64,000 nt of DNA from assembly GCF_030144855.1 (NCBI RefSeq), contig NC_082717.1:106826001-106890000 (forward strand), in the 5' to 3' direction. Each line of letters begins with the position of its first letter. The first letter of the stretch is position 1. The DNA is from Hypanus sabinus (Eukaryota). Positions 1 to 12,094 of the stretch are shown here, in pieces. Made by a program: the position numbers and the translations under genes. The notes below the pieces were generated by a model. That model was not told the DNA's origin and did not search any database. It worked only from the letters and a program-made list of their open reading frames with translations.

Positions 1-959
1 AGAAAATCATGTGGGGTAGAGTTCCGGTAGGTTGCAGAGAGCTTCCCCCATATCAGAAGAAGATAGATGTGCTGGACAGGGTGCGGTGCGGTGTGAGGTT
101 GAGGGGGCAAGAGGGCGAGAGAGGTTCTGAGGAGGTCCTGGTTCACCCAGGCAGTGAGTACCTGGAGTACACTGCCAGAGAGAATGGTGGAAATAGAGTC
201 AGAGTCGTTGGTGGTATTTCAGAAATGTCTCATCAAACGTGAAGCTTAGGAAAATAGAGAGCTATGGATAACCCTAGGTAATTTCTAAAATAAGTACATG
301 TTAGGCACAGCATCATGGGCCGAAGGGCCTGTATTGTGCTATAGGTTTTCTATGCTTCCATGTTTTCTATGTTCAAGGCTACAGGCCAAGTATCAGAATA
401 TGGATGATTTCCCACTGGCTGGTAGAGAGATGGTGGGCCAAATGGACTGTTATAGTACTGTAACACTCTGTTATAGTGAGAATCAACCAACCCCTACCAC
501 TAGAATCATGTAAACCAGGTCAATACGATAATTGTATTCATCATTGCTCCATCCCCATTAACCCTTTACACCTGGCCATAGTTTATATAGATACTTATAT
601 CATCCCAAGCATTTCTCTGTCAATCTTTTCTGCAAATTAAAATGAACTTTCTTTTCCCTCACTTTTCAAATTGTACATGAAATGTTCACACTCTTCCTCT
701 TTCCATTGATGCTTCCTGAGCTGCTGGGGATATCCAGCATTCTCTGCTTTAGTTTTAAATTTCAACCATTTAGTCATTTAAAACTAATTAAATCAAACAT
801 GCTCTGAAAAAGAAATCAACCTTGCTGAATTAAACTTGCTTTATTTTTCGACATTTTTGACTTTTTTCTCTCTTTCAAAACACAAATAATTGGAATTATT
901 GTCCTTTCTGTCCTAGTGCCAAATTGTTTTTTCCCTTTCCTAACTAGAGATTTAAACAT

Positions 960-1615
960 ATAACCATATAACAATAACAGCACGGAAACAGGCCATCTCG
1001 GCCCTTCTAGTCTGTGCCAAATGCTTACTCTCACCTAGTCCCACTGACCCGCACTCAGCCCATAACCCTCCATTCCTTTCCTGCCCATATACCTATCCAA
1101 TTTTACTTTAAATGGCAATACCGAACCTGCCTCTACCACTTCTACTGGAAGCTCGTTCTGCACGGCTACCACTCTCTGAGTAAAGAAATTCCCCCTCATA
1201 TTACCCTTAAACTTTAGCCCCCTAACTCTCAACTCATGTCCTCTTGTTTGAATCTCCCCTACTCTCAATGGAAAAAACCTATCCACATCAACTCTATCTA
1301 TCCCCCTCATAATTTTAAATACCTCTATCAAGTCACCCCTCAACCTTCTACGCTGCAAAGAATAAAGACCTAACTTGTTCAGTCTTTCCCTGTAACTTAG
1401 GTGCTAAAACCCAGGTAACATTCTAGTAAATCTCCTCTGTACTCTCTATTTTGTTGACATCTTTCCTATAATTCGGTGACCAGAACTGTACACAATACTC
1501 CAAATTCAGCCTTGTACAATTTTAATATTACATCCCAACTCCCATACTCAATGCTCTGATTTAAAAAGGCCAGCATACCAAAAGCTTTCTTCACCACCCT
1601 ATCCACATGAGATTC
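960..1615 (-). mobile_element. CR1 LINE 3' fragment (ORF2 C-terminus and 3' UTR)
   Basis: ORFs QRRRLRGDLIEVFKIMRG...TRGH and VVKKAFGMLAF are CR1 ORF2 C-terminal motifs; closely matches the copy at about 45020-45690. Confidence 0.9.
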
Positions 1616-2294
1616 CAAAATATCCCCAAGAAGCCCCTTTGTAAAGTGACTGCCCACAGTAGCTCTCTGATTGATAGTTCATTCTGACCTGACCCACGGT
1701 ATGTGGACAGGATGTCATGTGATGTGAGGTCACTTCCCGAGAAGAATTGTGTGTGACCTCACTGACTGACGTTCCTGTGGCAACGGGATGGTGTGGCCCA
1801 TGTAGGGGGTTTAGCTTGGGATGGAGGTGGAGGTGAGGATTTACTCGGCGTGGGCGTACAGCTGACCTGAAGTGGGGTTGGTCTGTACGTGCTGAGGTTT
1901 TGAAGGATGAGATGTGATGTAATTGGCTTCTGGGTTCTGCAGATTAATGTGGAAAGCCGGATAAGACAGCAAATGGATCAGGTGAGCTGCTCCTTACTCT
2001 CTGCCATTGCCAAGCAGACGTGCAAGCAGACTGGTAGGGTCTGGTAGGACGAGTGTTTCTCCACAGTGGGCGTAATCTCATCCCGTCTGCTAATTTGGAA
2101 ATGGTGAGTGTCTGTCAGTGCCTTATTGCACCAGCTCCATAGTGCAGGTTTCCCATTCTCATCCTTGGGCTCACATCCCTCCTTGGTCCTCACCCCCTCA
2201 ATCTCTCTTCACATCCTGACAAGCTCTCACAGCTGTGCTGTCCTCCTCCTGTGGCCTCTTCTGCCTCTACATTTCCGTACCCTTTTCAGATCAG

Positions 2295-3570
2295 AGACCT
2301 GTGACAGTGGTGTGCTACAGGGATCCGTGCCTGGTCCCATGTTGTTTGTCTTTTATATTAATGGTATGGGTCTGTATGCTGATAAATAAATTTACTTTTT
2401 TAAATGAAGTAGATTGGAGGCCTGTGACCAGTGGTACTGCTGGGGAAGGTGCTGTATATTTTGTTTGTCTGTGAAATTGGGCAAGGAAATGACAGGTGGA
2501 ATCTAATTTGGACAAATGCTGATTATTACATTTTAGTCCATTAAACCAGAGCAAAAGACTACACAGTAACTGGCTGTGCCCTGGACAGAGTTGCACAATG
2601 GAGGGACCTCAGGATAGAATTCCTGAAAGTGCCAACAAAGGTAGACACAGTGGTGAAGAAATTGCACGACTTTGTGTGCCTTTGATCAGGCTTCTGATTA
2701 CATGCACTGGGATGTTATGTTACAGTTGTACAGGATGTTGGTTGTACGGCACTTGGGGTATTGTGTGTAGTTCTAGTCCCCTTGCTACAGGAATGATGTG
2801 ATTCAGCTGGAAAGGGCGCAGAAAAGTTCACACAGAAGTGACTGGAGGGCTTGAGTTCCAATGAGAGCACGGATAGGCTGTTTTCTCTGGAGCACAGGAA
2901 GTTGAGTTTGATTTTAAAGAGGTTTATTAAATCATGCACAGACAAACAATCAGACATAAATTCTTCTGCAGCCTCACACTAACACTCTGTACCTTCCTCC
3001 AGTTCTTGTGACCCTCTGAAATGTCTGTTCTCCACGCTTGGCCCCTTTTGAATTCTCCCTTCTGGTTTTAGATTGGAGCACTCTTCTCTCTTGTTTCTCA
3101 TATGCATTGGGGATTCGGATCAGAATGTAAATAGCTTAACAGATGACACGAAGTTCGTGGTATTGTGGACAATTCTGAAGTTTGTGATATAGATTAATTA
3201 AGAACATGAGCAAGGAAATGGCAGATGGAATTTAACTCAGACAAGGACAAAGTAAGCCAGTTTGGTCATTTAGATTGTGGTGGTGCCTGCTTCAGAAGTG
3301 GCGGGCCCTGGTGAGTGTTGTAAAACAGAGAGACAAAGGGGTGTGAGTACGTAGGTAGACAGGGTGGTGAAGAGACAGTTGATATGTTTGCCTTCACCTG
3401 TCAGAGCACGAGCACAATCCCTTGGAGGTCATGTGACTGAGCACAAGACAGTCCTGAGACGAGTTGGTGAACTATGTGCAGTTTCGGTCACAGTGTTGCA
3501 GGAAATGTGTCATTTGAGCTTGGAAGGGAGTAGAAAATATTGACAAGGATATCTCTGGGGCTGGAGTAAG
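2295..3570 (+). mobile_element. Degenerate CR1 RT fragments
   Basis: SGVLQGSVPGPMLF (cf. [11 protein letters not shown]) and other decayed CR1 RT sequence. Confidence 0.6.
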
Positions 3571-4023
3571 AAATAAATATACTTCGAAGATTAAACTTAA
3601 TTAACTCGATATTATCAATGGTTCGGGGTCATGTGACGGCTCCTAGCCACACATCTGTAATTATTTACATTCTGACAGATCTACAGATTTATTTTGCTCT
3701 TGGCGGACTTTTCAAATTTCAGGATTTCCGGTGGTCTGTCGGTTAGTTTTGGCGCTTGTCCAGTTGCCGCCCGTTCATTGGTGATTGAGCTCTTTATTGG
3801 GCTTTTCATTCACCAATGAGATCAGGCGATTTACCGCCAATCAACCGCCGCCGACGGTTTCAAAAAAACTAATTTTTCGGTAAAATGAGGCAATTTCTTA
3901 AAGTGGGCAGATAAATACTTTTTTTTATTTCAGAGGAAGAGATCCGCTTTAGACAGAGTTTTAAGCCCTCGTCTACGACAGACACACAGAACGGAAATCC
4001 CCCGGACCCACCCCAGCCGGTGC

Positions 4024-4065
4024 TCAGCCCTTCCACAGACAATCTGAGTGGCTCTGAAAAGAGCC
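4024..4065 (-). terminator. Histone 3' stem-loop and histone downstream element of H2A copy 1
   Basis: GGCTCTTTTCAGAGCC at 4050-4065 (minus) followed by purine-rich GGAAGGGCTG. Confidence 0.95.
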
Positions 4066-4095
4066 TTTGGGTTTCTAAATTGTCGCTTTGTCTCT

Positions 4096-4527
<432 letters not shown>

Positions 4528-4529
4528 TC

Positions 4530-4706
4530 ACCAATTTTATAGCTTCTAGATGACTGCGGAAGGACACTTATGATTGGTGGTGCAATGCTTTCTCCGATTG
4601 GTGATGTGGAATCACCCAATCAGCGAGCTGACGATTCTCCAATAAGCAGACGGCAGCAAAAGAAGCGCGAAAAATAACTGTCACTCCCCAACAGGATATG
4701 ACATTT
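4530..4706 (-). promoter_or_regulatory. H2A copy 1 promoter
   Basis: TATAAAA at 4535-4541 (minus); CCAAT boxes at 4573 and 4597 (minus sense) and at 4616 and 4639 (plus sense). Confidence 0.85.
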
Positions 4707-5029
4707 GGGAAAAAAACTTCAAAGTATATTTATTATAGCCTTAAAATTCATCTCCTTAGAGGGAGCCACGAAACAAAGAAACTCGATAGAACGCATTAAA
4801 AAAGATCGTCAAATACCCAATGTGCAAAAATGAACAAATTGTGTAAACTCTAAAAAGTAAACAAATTAAAGTCAGAATTAGAGTCAGGCCATGGGGACTT
4901 ATCCAACTTAATGCTCTTTACTTCTACTTTACCTTGAAATGTGCTAGCATATCAATTCACTTGGTATTGATCTCCCTATCCCCCACGTGCTTCTCTTTGT
5001 TCTATGTAATAGTCAACACTGTGCTGTAG

Positions 5030-6858
5030 GTACACAGAACTTCACAACAGCTGGCGCCATACAATAAGGGCATAGACCTTAACAACAGCTGACACCATGC
5101 AGTCAGGGCACAGTCCTTTAAAACAGATGACAGCATACAGTGAGCGCAGACCGTTACCATAGGTGGAACTCTACAGGAAGGGCACAGACCTTTACATTAG
5201 CCAGTTCCATACAGTTAGGACACAGACCATTCAAACAGATGGTATCATTCAGTAAGAGCACTGACCATTACAACTATTTGGTACTGGCTATAAGTACACA
5301 CACATTAACCACAGATGGCATCATACAGAAAAGGGACATACTGTGCCTATAAAAGGTATTCACCCCTTGTAAGTTTTCATGTTTTATTGTTCTACAACGT
5401 TGAATCACAGTGGATTTAATTTTGCTTTTTTGACACTGAGCAATAGAAAAAGATATTTGTATCAAAGTGAAAACAAATTTGTACAAATTGGTCTAAATTT
5501 ATTATAATTATTAAACACAAACTAATTGATTGCATAAGTATTCACTCCTTTTAATATGACACACCAAATCATTACTGGTTCAGCCAATTAGTGTTAGAAG
5601 TCACATAATTAGTTAAATGGAGATCTATTTTTGGAAACTTGTGTACCTTTTAAACAGAGCATTACAACAGATGGCAGCATACAGCAAAGGCACCGACTAT
5701 TACAACAGCTGGTTCCATACAGTAAGGGCACAGACCATTCCAACAGCTGGTATCGCACAGTCAGGGCACAGACCACAACAATACTGTAAGAGTATAGGCC
5801 ATTACAACAACCAGCTCCTTATAGTAAGGGCAGAAATGTTACAACAGTCAGCACTGATCTGTAAGGGCAAAGACCATTACAACACTTGTTTTCGTGTAGC
5901 AAAGACACACATCGTTACAACAGCTGGTACCATACAGTCAGGGCACACACTGTTACAACAGCCAGCAATGTACAATAAGAGCTCAGACCGTTACAACAGC
6001 TTATACTGTACAGTAAGGGCAAAGACAGTTTCAACAGCTGGTACCGTACAGTAGTGGCACAACAAGTTACGACAGGCATTGCCATACAGTAAGGGCACAG
6101 ACCATTATCACAAACTAAACAGTACAGTAAGGGCACCGACCATTACAACAGTCAGTTCCGAGTAATAAGGGCACTGACCATTCAAGCAACCAGTGCCATT
6201 CAGTAAGAGCACTGACTGTTACTACAGCCAGTACCAATCTGTAAGAGCACAGAGCTTTATCATGGGTGGCACTATACAGAAAAGGGATATTTCTTTCCAA
6301 TAGGCAGTGCAATACAATAAAGGCACAGACTGTTACAACAGATGGCACCATACAGTAAGGGCACCAACTGTTATACAGCTGTCTCTGTACAGTAAGAGCA
6401 AAGACCATTACAACAGCCGGTTCTGTAAGTTAAGATGCACTGACTGTTATAATAACTGATACCAATCTGTAAGGGCACAGGCCTTTATTACAGATGGCAC
6501 AGGGCATTATAACAGCTGGTTCCATACAGTAATGGCATAGACCATTTGAACAACTGACCCCATTCATTAGGAGCACTGACCATTACAATAGCCAATACCA
6601 ATCTGTAAAGTCACAAAATGTTACCACAGATGGCACTATATAGTAAGGGCACCAAATGTTACAGCAGCTGGTACCGCACAGTAAGGACACAGACTGGTTC
6701 AACAGCTGGTATGGTACAGTGAGGCCACAGACCGTTAGAACTACCAGTACCATTCTGAAAGGACACAGACTGTTACAACATCCAGTACCATAAAATAAGG
6801 GTATAGGAAGTTACGACAGCTGGCACTGTAAAATAATGGCAAAGACCTTTACAACAGA
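5030..6858. repeat. Degenerate 38-bp minisatellite, interrupted by a Tc1 fragment
   Basis: Recurring unit ACAACAGCTGGTACCATACAGTAAGGGCACAGACCATT (e.g. 5702-5739) in dozens of diverged copies. Confidence 0.9.
5339..5645 (+). mobile_element. Tc1/mariner terminal fragment
   Basis: TA followed by C(T)GTGCCTATAAAAGGTATTCACCCC, a Tc1-type TIR start, with an internal direct repeat AAGTATTCAC at about 5536. Confidence 0.7.
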
Positions 6859-6954
6859 TAATCTGAAATAAAAATGTAAAATGCTAGAATAACTCACAGC
6901 TCTTTCTACATTGAACAAGTATTCTCAACAATTTCTGGTTTTACTTTTTGTCAG

Positions 6955-7046
6955 ACAGATACATGGACATTCTCAGTACTGGACCAGTGGGACATACTTG
7001 GTTTTTACACAGAGACAGATAAGTGTTCCACAAAACTGATACCCAG
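6955..7046 (+). other. Small putative exon, inverted paralog of 11328-11394
   Basis: Polypyrimidine tract plus AG at 6953-6954; homologous donor mutated to ATAAGT at 7019; alternative CAG/GTAAGT donor at 7047. Confidence 0.5.
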
Positions 7047-7089
7047 GTAAGTATAACCGTAACAAGTGGATGCTGCAACTATTTGGTTT

Positions 7090-7370
7090 TGCTCAAACAA
7101 ATGGACCCAGACTCAGCTTCCAAAATATGAAAGCAAGATCATACACTTCCCAACAGTATCTGCCATTTCCATTCTGTCTAAGTCTTTCTGTAGACTTACT
7201 GCTTCCTCAACACTAACTGCCATTCCACCTATCTTTGTATCGTCCATAAACTTGGCCACAAAGCCATCAATTCCAACATTCATATCATTGACATACAACA
7301 TAAAAAGAAGAGGTCCCAATACAGAACCCCGTGGAACACAGCTAGTAACCAACAGTCGCCCAGAAAAGGG
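7090..7370 (-). mobile_element. CR1 RT fragment
   Basis: [22 protein letters not shown]...KFMDDTKIGG. Confidence 0.85.
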
Positions 7371-7649
7371 TCTCTTTAATGGGAGTCATTATGCAGTTTG
7401 TTGGTTGAGTCGGAGGTGAGGAAGGGAAGTGCTATGTTAGCATTCATTTAGCGAGGATAAAAATATAAAAGCAAGGATGCAAATTTGAGACTTCACCAGG
7501 CACGAGCGTGGCCTCACTTGGAGTACTGTGAGCAGGTTTAGCACCCTTATCTAAAGACAGATATGCTGACACTGGAGCCGGTTCAAAGGAGGTTCATGAA
7601 AATGGTTCCAGGATTGAAAGACATATCATATGAGGAGCTTATCATCTTG

Positions 7650-8165
7650 GTACATGAAGGCACCACAGACTGACATGTCGAAATGGGAATTAAAATGTTT
7701 GGCCACTGGGAAGTTTCACTTTTGATGGGTGGAGCATAGATGCTCCACAAAACAGTCACCCAATTTACAACAGGTCTCACCAATGTAGATGAGGCCGTAA
7801 CAGGAGCATCGAACACAATAAGTGACCGCAGTAGATTTGCAGGTGAACTGCTGCCTCATCTAGAAAGTTAGTTTTGGAGCCTGAATTGAGGTGAGGGAAG
7901 AGGTGAATGGGCAGATCTAGCACTTTGGACACTTGCAGAAATAGAGGAGGGAGATTAGTGGGCAGAGATGAATAAACCAGGGAATCACAGAGTGAGTGAT
8001 CCCTGTGGAAGGCAGAGTGGGGAAAGTAGAGATATGTTTAGTGGTACAGTTCCTTTGGAGATGGCTGAAGTTTAAGAAGATAATGTGGTGGATGGGTAGA
8101 ACCATGTGGTGGTAGGGAAGGACAAAAGGAACTGTTAAGGCAGTGAACACAGATGTTTGGGAAAT
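7650..8165 (-). mobile_element. Penelope-like element fragment; probably continues at 9790-10100 beyond a Rex1 insertion
   Basis: Similar to the GIY-YIG region of the Penelope copies at 12095-13880 and 20380-21590. Confidence 0.6.
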
Positions 8166-9790
8166 TGAATTGACTTTATTTCTTGCATCCTTCACATACA
8201 TGAGGTGTAAAAATCTTCACTGTTATGTCTCCATCTAAATGTGCAAAGTGAAATCAAAGTAATTTATTATAAATAGAATTGTCAATGTAATATAGAGTAC
8301 ACTCAAATCAGCGTGAATTAATCAGTCCGATGGCCTGGTGGAAGAAGCTGTCCTGGAGCCTGTTGGTCCTGGCTTTTATGCTGCGGTACTGTTTCCTGGA
8401 TGGTAGCAGCTGGAATAGATTGTGGCTGGGATAGCTTGAGTCCCCAGTCATCCTACGGGCCCTTTTTTACACACCCATCCTTGTAAGTGTCCTGAATCTT
8501 GGGAAGTTCACAACTACAAATGCACTGGGCTGTCCATACAACTCTCTGCAGAATCCTGCGAATAAGGGAGGTACAGCTCCCATACCAGACAGTGATGAAG
8601 CCAGTCAAGGTGCTCTCAATTGTGCCCCTGTAGAAAATTCTTAGGATTTGGGGGCCCATACCAAACTTCCTCAACTGTCCAAGGTGAAAGAGGCACTGTT
8701 GTGCCTGTTTCACCACAGTGCTGGTGTGTACAGACCACATGAGGTCCTCGGTGATGTGGTCGCCAAGGAACTTGAAGCTGTTCACCCTCTCAACCCCAGA
8801 TCCATTGATGTCACTAGGGGTTAGCCCATCTCCATTCCTCTTGTAATCCACAACCAGCTCCTTTGTTTTTGCGACATTGATGGAGAGGTTGTTTTCTTGA
8901 CACCACTGAGTCAGAGAGAAAATTGCTGACAACACTACATTGATTGGCCTTCCCTGTAGGCCACCTCATTATTGTTTGAGATAAGGCCAATCAATGAAGT
9001 GTCACCAGCAAATTTAATTAGTAGATTGGAGCTGTGGGTGGCAATACAGTCATAGGTATACAGGGAGTAAACACAGCCCTAAGGGGTTCCTCTATTGAGA
9101 GTCAGAGGATTGGAGGTGAGGGAGCCCACTCTTACAAGCTTCTAGTGATCTTGCAGGAAGTCCAGGATCCAGCTGCACAAGGCAGGGTGAAGGCCGAGGT
9201 CTCTGAACTTCTTGTTGAGCCTGGATGGAAGTATGGTGTTGAATGCTGAACTGTAGTCCATGAAAACAGCATTCTCACATAAACATCCTTCTTCTCCAGT
9301 TGTGTGAGGATGGTATGTAGAGCAGTGGCTATTGCATCATCTGTCAGTAGGCAAATTGCAGTGAGTCCAGTTTGGGTGGTAGCAAGCTGCAGATGTAACC
9401 CTTGACCAGACTCTCAAAGCATTTGCTTATTAATGAGGTGACAGGACGCCAGTCATTCAGGCATGTTACCTTGGGCTTTTTTGTACAGGGACAATGGTGG
9501 ATAATTTGAAGCAGGAGGGCACTTCACACTGGGAGAGGGAGAGACTGGAAATGTCTGTAAACACACCTGCGCACATCCTAAGTACTTGCCCCGGGATGCC
9601 GTCCAGTCCCACAGCCTTGCAACTGTCCACTCGTCGGAAACATCTGCGTACCTCAGCCTCAGAAGTGACTAGGTTGCAGGTTATAGCGGTAGCTTTCCTC
9701 AGAGACTCAGAGTTATTGACATTGAACCTAGCATAAAAGCAATTGAGCTCATCTGTGAGAGGCCACAATGTTGGTGGCTCCACAATGTAT
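8165..9790 (-). mobile_element. Rex1/Babar-type LINE, 5'-truncated
   Basis: KAVGLDGIPG, CFKLSTIVPV, WCQENNLSINVAKTKELVVD, FKFLG, FYRGTIES motifs; same family as 27580-29790. Confidence 0.85.
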
Positions 9791-10189
9791 AGCTTTGAAG
9801 TCTGCATGGAGGTGATGGGAGTGAGAGGAGTATCATTAGTGGAGAGAGAGAAACCCAGTTCTTTGAAGAAGGAGGACATCTCTGAAATCCTCGAAATAAA
9901 AGCCACATTCTGGGAACTGGTGCAGTGGAGGCAAAGGAGGTGAGAAAAAGGAAGAGCATTTTTACAGGAGGTAGAGTGGGAAGAGGTCTAGTCAAGATAA
10001 TCATGTGAAGCGATAGATTTATAAAATATATAGGTTGATAGTTTGTCCCCAAAGATGGAAACAGAGAGTTTAAGAAAGGGAAGAGCAGTGTCAAATAAAT
10101 ATAGCTTTTTTGAACTTCTTCCCTGATGTGAAGTTGCTGCTTGGATGATTAAGAAAATCTCTTTGCTCACTCAGGACATAATGGTGGTC

Positions 10190-10640
10190 TCTACTTATTG
10201 TGAACTCACTGGATCCACACAAGATGGGATAACCAAATGAATACCTTTCCACACTTGAAATAGATGAATGACTCTCTCCAGTGTGAACTCTCTGGTGTTT
10301 CTGCAGATTGAATGCTTGGATGAATCCCTTTCCAGAGCATGTGAATGACCTCTCCTATCTACAGCTAGGATGGCCTAGTGAGTCCCTTACAAACTGAGAG
10401 CTAGTGAATGACATCTCACTCCTATCAACTCTCTGGGAATTTACCAGCTTAGATCACGGACATGTACAGGTATTCGGGTTCTCCTTGTTGCAATTGGTGT
10501 GCTGTCTTCCAAACAGCTCCTCCCCCATGGTCAGGGATCAGCGGCATTCAGGTGCTGGTGAACTGACAGACACAGCAGAACTAACAAGCTATTGTGTTTG
10601 AGATTCCCATACACAAATCCTTTGCCTTTTATACCCTGTA
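10190..10640 (-). pseudogene. Degenerate C2H2 zinc-finger exon (ZNF relic)
   Basis: Decayed CCAGTGTGAACTC (HTGE-linker) and GAATCCCTTTCC units; acceptor and intron flank at 10580-10745 are paralogous to 44785-44935, and 10865-10990 to 47545-47670. Confidence 0.75.
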
Positions 10641-11327
10641 GGATGTTTGTAAGTGACATCAGTGGGTAAAGGACAACATTTCAGCTGAGATAATTTTAGT
10701 CTCTATGCTGATCTCTGCTGTCACAGTTACAGCAAGGCTCAACACGATTTAGGAGGAACAACGCTTTATCTTCTAACTGGACAAGTTCAGGCATCCAGAC
10801 ACAACATCAAATTCTCTGTCTTACTATCTGTATCAAAATGGGTAATTTCTCCCCTTCATCAACATGTGACTTGGCTCAGTCTGTCTGTCTCAATTAGTAT
10901 AGCTTCACATTCTGGGCCTGTCCCACAGACATACTAAGAGCATATTGTATTTACACGGCTGTTTCTGGAGATTTTCTGATTATTATAACTCTCCTGACAT
11001 TTGACCGTGGTAAACTCAGAGTCAGCAATGCCATTCAACTTCAGGAGTAGGTGATTAGGCTTTCTCATTTGAGGATGACAACCCAGTGTTTTGTGTGTGG
11101 TTCAAATCAGTGGGTCAGTTTCAGACTGAAAGGAGGTAACTTTTGGAGTATCCCTGGGATTGGGTCTTGACCTCAGTTGTTCACTGTTTTGAGAGCATAT
11201 TGGCTCCTGACTGAGTAGTGACTTGGATCCACTCCAATTCGTGAACCGAAGCAACAGGTCTACAGCAGATGCTATCTCGTTGGGTCTTCACAAAATCCTG
11301 GAGCATCTGGACAGCAGTGTCAGTTAC

Positions 11328-11394
11328 CTGTCTCTGTGTAAATCCAAGTATGTTCCACTGGTCCAGTTCTGAGAGTGTCCATGTATCTCTGTGT
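11328..11394 (-). other. Putative 67-bp 5' exon of the ZNF relic
   Basis: Minus strand reads TTATTTTAG/ACACAG...GAGACAG/GTAACT, with intact acceptor and donor, upstream of the ZNF relic on the same strand. Confidence 0.55.
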
Positions 11395-11424
11395 CTAAAA
11401 TAATTCCAGAAGTACCAGAAATAT

Positions 11425-11960
11425 CAGGTCTCCCAGTGGGAGAGCATTTTGGAGATAGACATCACAATTCTGTCTCCTTTACCATAGCATCGGAGAGGGA
11501 TAGGAACTGACAAGTTAGGAAAATGTTTAATTGGAGCAAGGGAAAATATGAGGCTATCAGGCAGGAACTTGGAAGCATAAATTGCAAACAGATGTACTCA
11601 GGGAAACATATGGAAGAAATGTGGCAGATGTTCAGTGGATATTTGCATGGAGTTCTGCATAGGTATGTTCCAATGAGATGGAAAGGATGGTAGGGTACAG
11701 GAACCGTGGTATACAAAGGCTGTTGTAAATATAGTCAAGAAGAAAAGAAGAGCTTATGAAATGTTCCAAAACCTAGATATTGATAGAAATCTAAAAGATT
11801 ATAAGGCTAGGAAGGATCTTAAGAATGAAATTAGGAGAGCCAGAAGGGGCCATGAGAAGGCCTTGGCAAGCAGGATTAAGGAAAACCCCAAGTCATTCTA
11901 CAAGTATGTGAAGAGTAAGAGGATAAGACGTGAGAGAATAGGACCAATCAAGTGTGACAC
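11425..11960 (+). mobile_element. CR1 ORF2 endonuclease/tether fragment
   Basis: IRRARRGHEKALASRIKENPKSFYKYVKSKR. Confidence 0.85.
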
Positions 11961-12094
11961 CTCTGCCTCCAGCAGTCTACAGAAAACAACCCAAGCTGTC
12001 CAACCGGTCATTACAACACATGCCCTTTAATCTAGGGAGTTAATTGGGAACAGCCTTTGTTTTGGGCAAGTCCATACCTGATATGTGGATTGAA

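Noticed and set aside
5617-6408. ORFs in the 38-bp array
   Set aside because: The unit length is not a multiple of three and stops are frequent; non-coding minisatellite
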